Assembly (NCBI RefSeq): GCF_964204645.1
Contig: NC_134025.1
Coordinates: forward strand, 8,866,001-8,930,000
Direction of reading: 5' to 3'
Origin: Tubulanus polymorphus
Taxonomy: Eukaryota > Animalia > Nemertea
Length of the DNA stretch: 64,000 bases
Of this stretch, positions 56,686-64,000 are shown in pieces. Below the pieces are notes generated by a model that saw nothing but the letters and a program-made list of their open reading frames with translations, made no database searches and was not told the origin of the DNA. Numbering within the stretch: position 1 is the first letter of the stretch; every line of letters starts with the position of its first letter. The position numbers and the translations under genes are program-made.

Positions 56686-58838
56686 TTTTCCTGAACTTCT
56701 CGTCGATCACCCTAATATACACAGCAGTTAGAATCCGACGTGCGTGTCGCTGCACAATGAAAGCGGCACTGATGTTTGAAGCCGCCGGGTTGCACAAACG
56801 CTCTCCGCGAGAGCATGAAACGATACGGTGAGTGAATATAGCCAGTCTACGTTAGATATCATAGACCGACGGGATAATATGAATTTACAATGATATATTT
56901 TCCAGAACTGCATCTTCAAGGCATGCTGATCACGTTTGTTTCATTAAATGCTGATTGAGAGAATGACAAATCTGGCAATTGCTACATTAGAATTCACAAC
57001 AAATGTCTATGCAAAAAATAAACACGTTAGATACGCCATATTGGCGAATTCTTTTCGTTGACATCGAGAGAACATAAAAGTCCGGAATGGCCTATGAACG
57101 TTACAAATTCATTGCATTCCTGGCTGGAATCTTAATGGCAATTTTACCGCAATGCGGTATAAAATTGTTTTCCGTCGAAGAAGCTTAATTAATCCGCGGG
57201 ACAATCTGAGGCCTCATATTATAACGTAAGATTTATACGACTCTTAACTAATAACTGCCGCATTCGTATTGTTATTTCGGCGTAAAATTGCGTTATCAAG
57301 GAGTAGTCCGACTGTGGATTTCCGTGTTATGTCCCGTACCTCAGGCAATCACTATAGGAGGTGGCAACACATAAATGTAAGGTTATTCGTGAAGCAAGTA
57401 CAGGAAAAAATCTGCGCCGAGTTAAAGAATATTTGGTAAACAATTTACGTGTGCTTGCTTGTTTCTCGAGCAGAATTTCTAAGTAATATACATTACGATA
57501 TACATTGGAAATGTGCTATTATGCAACGGATTTCAATGCTGATATTTCAACTCATTTCAAGTGCGTCGAGTTCGTCGTCAAGTTAAGGTCGCTGGAAACA
57601 TTTTCCAATCAGTTCCAATTGAATTCGAGATGGCAACAAATTTCAACGAGTGACAAGTTGATATTTGAGCAGACGCCATCAAAATTGAGGTTTTGCTACA
57701 GAATGGAAAATCTCAGCAACATAGATAAAGCGGATTTACGCATTTGTAAATAGTTGCCATTCGCTTCTACGGTGAAATCGCACGAATTAATCGGGCATTG
57801 CGCGCCCAGTTATTGCCTGCTTAGACGTCATTTGCGACAGTCTTTGCAAACAATATCTGATTTAGTGTAGGTGATTTTCTCATATCCCATCATCGACGAC
57901 AATCTAGCATTGGTTGAACGGACACTGAAGTGACGGATATGATAATACACCGAATATCCCCTTGAAAAGAGAGCCTATCTCTTATTCCTATTTCCTATTC
58001 GCGTGTGATATGAATAAATTTGTGTCGGTGATTGTATCAAAATTCATTCACAGATGTGCAAATATAGATCACGAATTTAACATATCTTATATATCTTTAA
58101 TATATCTATACGAACTTTGGATATCTTTTCATTGTATGTTGTAATTCATTGTGGAAATGAATTATCATCAATATTTAGTTTCATATCAGTCGCGCGTCTG
58201 GAGAGGAAGTCACAACGAATTTTCACGCGCATTTGTAATTGTTTCCAATTTAAAGTCGATCGACGATTCAGAACCGGAGGAATCAGGTGCGAATTGGAAA
58301 CATCGAGCAATTCAAGTGTCTAGGGAGAGTATTTTAGCGTAGATTCGGCAGAAGCGACTGGCTTTAAGAACGTAACAAAGAATCTAATTGAATACCTTAA
58401 CTTACATTGTACTTATATATAAAGACTCTCTCGATCCTTATTCCTTTGGGGATAACCAAAGAAAATTACAATAGATTCGAGATGAAAAAATGTTATTAGA
58501 AGTATACAAAAGTTCTGTTGAACAATGGATTAATTTCAAAGTTAGATTTCCTTGGAATTAGTAGTAGTTAGTATATATACACGTACGTAATGCCTTAGGA
58601 CAAAAACCTGTTACAAGGTCGACGAAGTGAATCAGTTAATTCGAGATACATTCAACGATGACTAACGAGGCAATTGTTTTACAGTCGTTATTTTTCCACA
58701 TCCGCTTTAAAGGAGCCGGACGAAGAGGATTTGCACTGTATGAAATTAAAGCAAAAATGCAATGTATTTCATTCTTGGAAAAAGGTGATTTTCAATAAAC
58801 ACGTCAAAGTTTGACTTAACTGTACTACAGTATAAATA

Positions 58839-58945
58839 GGGCCCGGTTTTATAGACTGGTATTAACTAACTGACTGGTATTAACTAACGTGAGGCTAACT
58901 CAGCCCCTAGGATAAAAGTTAATACCAGTCGATAAAACGGAGCCC
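58839..58945. mobile_element. Very short MITE / palindromic element
   Basis: gggcccggttttatagactggtattaact ... agttaataccagtcgataaaacggagccc inverted termini. Confidence 0.6.
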
Positions 58946-59115
58946 AGAAATCTAGGGTCCTAATATTTTATGGTATTCATTATGAATAGTAGTATATATC
59001 AATCAAAAACTGGCTCATGATATGGAACAAGTCATGTTAGTCACATGTTACGACATAATTCTTATTGTTAGATCACCTAGCTAACATTATTAGCGGACTG
59101 CTCACATGATATAGT

Positions 59116-60201
59116 TTATTCTTCGCTTACATTGATATTTTCTCTACTGAGGAAAGATCGAACTCCACGCGCGTAGCGCATCATTTCGGCGTAAGCCTCT
59201 TTATCGGTGAAGAGTTCCGGGTGTTTCTCAAATCTCTTCACAGGCAGCACGGTGAAATGCTTCAGACCGTCTGGTGTTATCACTTGATAAACCCACGTTA
59301 AATCGAATCCTACCCGTTTTATCCTCACCTTCCCGTTGTTGTTTTTCTCCAACACTAGTCTGAAAACGGCTCCACCGTCGGTAAAAGGCATACGTTGATG
59401 AGAAAGGAAATTTCCCAGGGAGTAAACAACCAATGAATTGTCCATTTCATTGTACTTCATGGGCTGTACAACATGCGGGTGTGAACCAATTACGATATTA
59501 ATGCCAATACTTTTGAAGAACTGAAACCAACGTTCCTGGTATGCACTCTGTAGCTGGTGATATTCGGTTCCCCAGTGCAGGAAAGCAATTATCTGATCAG
59601 GATTTTTCAGTTTCGCCCGAGCAACGTCATTCAATACAGCCCCCTCTTCTAAGTAATTGACAACGACAGGCGGAAGATTTGGGATGTGATTGGTACTGAA
59701 AGTGTAACTTAGTAAGGCTATCTTGAAACCGTTCTTCTCCAAAATGAGAGGGGATTCGAAAGATTTGTGTCGCTCGTCTAAGAAAGTACCTGTATGCATT
59801 ATGCCTAGAAAATCCAAGTAACGAATAGTTCGCTCGATGCCGATGACACCTTGGTCCTCAGCGTGGTTGTTGGCAGTAGTTACGGCATCAACGCCAATGT
59901 TTTTCAGAGCCTCTGCATAAGCTAGCGGAGAATTGAATCTAGGAAAGCCCGAATACGGCTTGATGCCAAGCGGGGTTTCTAGATTACCGATAGTTAGATC
60001 AGGAGTTGACATCAACGATTTCACGTACGTAAAACAGGAGGTGTAATTGTAAAGACCCGTTGAACGGTTATAAGCGGCTTTGATTTCATCCATATGGTCC
60101 ATGAAATCACCAGCAAACAATATTTCAATTTCAGCTTCTGCTTTGACGCTTTGAAGAATTCCACCAGCCGTTACCATTGCTAATATGAAAATTAAAGCCA
60201 T
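59116..60201 (-). CDS. Secreted CapA/PGA_cap-family metallophosphatase-fold protein, 361 aa, intronless CDS
   Basis: Signal peptide then FAGDFMDH, GNLETP, TANNHAED, LHWGTEY, IGSHPHVVQP, YSLGNF: full CapA motif set; 5'-UTR GT-AG intron 60476-60209. Confidence 0.9.
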   Translation of the reverse strand: MALIFILAMVTAGGILQSVKAEAEIEILFAGDFMDHMDEIKAAYNRSTGLYNYTSCFTYVKSLMSTPDLTIGNLETPLGIKPYSGFPRFNSPLAYAEALKNIGVDAVTTANNHAEDQGVIGIERTIRYLDFLGIMHTGTFLDERHKSFESPLILEKNGFKIALLSYTFSTNHIPNLPPVVVNYLEEGAVLNDVARAKLKNPDQIIAFLHWGTEYHQLQSAYQERWFQFFKSIGINIVIGSHPHVVQPMKYNEMDNSLVVYSLGNFLSHQRMPFTDGGAVFRLVLEKNNNGKVRIKRVGFDLTWVYQVITPDGLKHFTVLPVKRFEKHPELFTDKEAYAEMMRYARGVRSFLSRENINVSEE

Positions 60202-61657
60202 GTTTGCACTGAAAGATAAAAATGATCATGGTTTCAGTTTTAGGTATTACCTCGTAAGTAACTAGTGTGAAATTGATTTGAAAGTAATGAAATCTACGTA
60301 GATCTAAGGATGTGACTCTGTACCGGTCGTGCTGAGTTCAGGCGGAATCGAATTTCCATGCTGCGAAGTATCATCGGTCGTGTTGACATAGATATCCCGA
60401 CTTCTTTTTATTTGTAAAATTCGGAAAATTTGTTATATAAAAACGCTTTATATCGACGTGACCAACTGAAGCTTACCTTTTTAGCTTCCAGCTCATACAC
60501 CTAACATCAAATTCATATGACAAAATGACAAAATGAGTCCCGTGATTATTCACTATATGACGTAAATATGTCATGTGCGCTCGGCACGTAAACGTAAACG
60601 CACCGAGGCAATATAATAATATTGTAACGCATTATTGTTGTTATAATGTATATAGAAGCCAACCCGTGTATGACTTATTTACATTTCGTAGCCAAGTTCA
60701 TGAAATGGAACTACCAAGGCAGTAACTGACAAAGAAAAAATATCCACATTTACGACAACTTATTATTTTTGGGAAGTGATTTATTTGCCAATAAAATGAA
60801 CGTGCACTATTTTGAAAGTACGAAAAATAGTCTATACTTTTGTGCGATTTTATACTTTCATTTTGCATCAGATGAACATTCATAAAATGCATATATATAT
60901 TATTCGTTATTGGCAAATGCGTTTAGATAATTCTGGCGTAACAAAAAGACCACTTACCGTACAGAAATAACACGAATGACGGATCTAGATAATCTGTTAG
61001 GTAAAGAAACACTTGAAATTCGTCGATTTCGCATACATATTATCTCCGCTTCAGATTCGATGCGTATCTTCATATTCCTATAATGATAACACGTAATATT
61101 TCAAAGAAAACTCATGTATACGAAAGCATCCAGGAGACATATATCGAAACACAATTCGAGTTTTATTCCGAGCTAAAGTTGGGCGAGTCGAGTGAGTTAA
61201 CTAGTTTTCTCAGTGAACGTGATTTTCGGGGATAATTCTGAGCAACTCGGAATTAACCTAATAAATGTCTTATTTTCTGTTTCTAGAAGTATGTCCACAG
61301 GACGCTTGCGCGCACACGCAATACATTTTGCATATCCATCAGATGGCGTCATCACTGCCGACGATGCCGTGAAGCCGCTTTTCTCATATGTGGTCGAAGA
61401 AGAATCCTAGTAATATATACAAATGTGGAACATATAAAAACTTGCTACTGGAAGAAATTGGCGTCACACATTCAGCATAATGAATTATCAAATCAGTTAT
61501 AGGTAATCCGCCTGGCTTTGTATTTTTCTGTGGGGGTAACGGTTATCGTTAATTTCCGTGTTGTTAAACTTTTTATCCCAAGTGAAGAAACCCATTAGAC
61601 TAAAAACAAGGCCCATCTGCGCGTAGGCATCGAAGTCACACGCTATGTTTATTGTTA

Positions 61658-61835
61658 ATGGTAAACCACCTGGGTTTACGACGCTCACGATCGAGGCTCA
61701 ACGTGGAGGAGAAAAGCGAGTGGATAGAAATACGGAAGGACCCATTAGCTCACCTTCTCGGTGGCATCAGCTGCAACTGCAGACACGAGCCATACGTCGA
61801 TATTCTCCCATCATTTTCCGAACGCTTCAGCGAAG
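61658..61835 (+). other. Possible first coding exon of an unidentified gene continuing beyond the window
   Basis: GC-richer open frame MVNHLGLRRSRSRLNVEEKSEWIEIRKDPLAHLLGG... ending at AAG|gtaaaa; no family recognised. Confidence 0.25.
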
Positions 61836-64000
61836 GTAAAAAGATTTGATGAAAACGCGTTCGCAGCAACACTTACTGCCCGCGGTGATGATAACAGAGT
61901 GCTGAAAAACAAAGAAAGTGTCGACTTACTTCGATTTAAGAAACGAAAAATTCACTCGTGAATTGAAATCAATGTTTGAAAATGTGACACTTAAATACAT
62001 ACCCGCTTTTATTACGAAACTCTAAAAAAAACCACGAAAACATTCAGCGTTAATGTGACATACATCGCCAGCTTGTTTTTGTAATAGAAAATACAGTCAA
62101 AATTCGTTATATCCATTTTCATGCCACCGGTCACTTTACGCCAACATTTTTTCAGAGAACAAATTTGCTCGATCTAATTCCAATTCAATGAAGATACCAT
62201 TCTTTATTACGCCATATTTCTTCATCGGTCCAAATGGTGGCGAAATAAAAGATTTTACTGATCAGTTATACACGAATAACGCATACACGCTTAGAAAAAC
62301 TCTTTATACATGTACTAAGTTTATGACACAGACAAAGGATAAACAGATGACAGATAAAGGATGCGATTTGTTGCGATGCGCTATCAAACCGTAGGCGTCA
62401 CTTCATTATCACGGGTAATGCGCATTTAAAATTCTTATAGCTTGTCTTCAGATAATTTCCTCATATGTTTGTATGTTCAACACCGGGGGCCATCGGTGGT
62501 TATTACTGCAAAAATTCGATACGTAGCATTGATCCACCACATCTAACGAAACGCCCCGGAGAAACGACGCAAGCCTCGTTACCTTCGGGTCATACTTGCC
62601 ATTAGAAATGTGCCGTACGTAGTCAGACTTTAATGAAAGGATATTCGTCTTTTTGAATAAGAGCGTCGGAAATATTTCATCCGCTCGAATCAGTCGTTCA
62701 GTAACTCGAAACCGATGGTCTGAATTTTAATTCACGTTTTGTATATTGTTTTTTTTTGGCAGACTTAACGATCAAACGCGCGCGCGCGTGTGAGTATACA
62801 CGACGCTCGCATACATAACTAACTCACGTTCGAAATTGAAACGATTGAAAATGGAACAATTTGACATTAAATCGAAACAATTACTCGCAGCTTATTTCAT
62901 GACAAATGTAATCTATACACGACGACGCCGAGGACTCGTCGCGCCCCCTTACTGATACAAAAGCATTGATAATACAATCAGGTCGTGTAAAAATAAGACC
63001 TACGTGTTTTCCTTTATCCAGCCTTTAGGATACCGCTGCGATTCCTCAAAAATCACGGATATTGGGTACGCATATCTATGAATATATGTGATTTAAATGT
63101 AAGATAAGCTGGCATAAAACTTTCGCGCTTTAACTTTAAGTTCCGTTGAGTTAGCGATAGATGTCGCTAATGTTGCGATTAACCATCTGACAAGTATACC
63201 GCTCGCACTGGCTTAAAATGCTCAATAAATTTGGAGTTCAGGCTATTGGGTCTTGCTGATACGACAGGCGACTGGTATAGTCGGTGTGAAGTCATGTAGC
63301 CCTTAATCAATCGGATTAGCAAACATTCCTTGCTCGATAGCATCGTTTATAAGATACGGAAATCAAATTTCTCGGTTCAATCACTGACTCATGCTGATTG
63401 ACATCTATTCTTCTGAAAATTTCTCGTGATTTGTGGTTTTTACCAGAAGAAGTTAGTCTTGCAGAGCCCGGTTACTATCTGAACATGATCTTCTATCGAT
63501 CCTACAGACACGCGCCCATCTATCTTTCAATGGCCAGTTCAGGAGGCAAATTGTATAATATCATTTCTATCGGGAAAAATATTTTTGAAAAATTCATATT
63601 CTCGATAAACAGGTAGCTAAAATTCAAGCTGAGTTCTGCTGGTGCCTTTGAAAATTCAAATTCAGACTAGTCTCATTTTTTCGAGTTGTTGCCGTTCGTT
63701 ACACATATGGTATTAGGTGATAAAATCCAAAAAAGTAAGAAACGCGTGATAATTGATTTTCCTTTACTGGATCGGCGCCTCGCTGATTCAATCGGGAAAT
63801 GACATCCGAACAGTACTAATAGTTGGAAATTTCTGTCACCGATTCAACAAAAATTTCGTTACAGTTGACAATCATTAGGCCGATGCGCTGAACAAGATAC
63901 ATGGATCAAAACATTAACTGCACTGCGCTGCGTTGATTCCATTTACAGTAAATCGCTTCAACGCAATTAGCCTATCTGAAAGCCAACCAATATCGGCGGC

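Noticed and set aside
63240-63305. Possible structured RNA (ggcta...cgact/agtcg...tagcc)
   Set aside because: Only short stems; no ribozyme or ncRNA consensus recognised

Overview
AT-rich, intron-containing animal genomic DNA (probably a marine invertebrate; species cannot be fixed from the sequence). Host genes reconstructed from splice signals: the 3' end of a DDX28-like DEAD-box helicase (+), an 11-exon 4-coumarate-CoA-ligase/luciferase-like acyl-CoA synthetase (-), PDE12 (-), a single-RRM RBM4/lark-like protein (-) head-to-head with UTP25/DIEXF (+), a short ionotropic glutamate receptor apparently lacking the amino-terminal domain (-), and a bacterial-looking CapA/PGA_cap metallophosphatase with an intronless CDS but a spliceosomal 5'-UTR intron (-; candidate domesticated horizontal transfer). 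The 6.3-29 kb interval is repeat-dominated: a ~1.1-1.2 kb tandem duplication, a near-complete but mutated DIRS1-type tyrosine-recombinase retrotransposon (ITRs + internal complementary region), a nested foldback-like arrangement of inverted repeats and 40-bp arrays, and satellites. All family assignments come from recognised motifs, not database searches.
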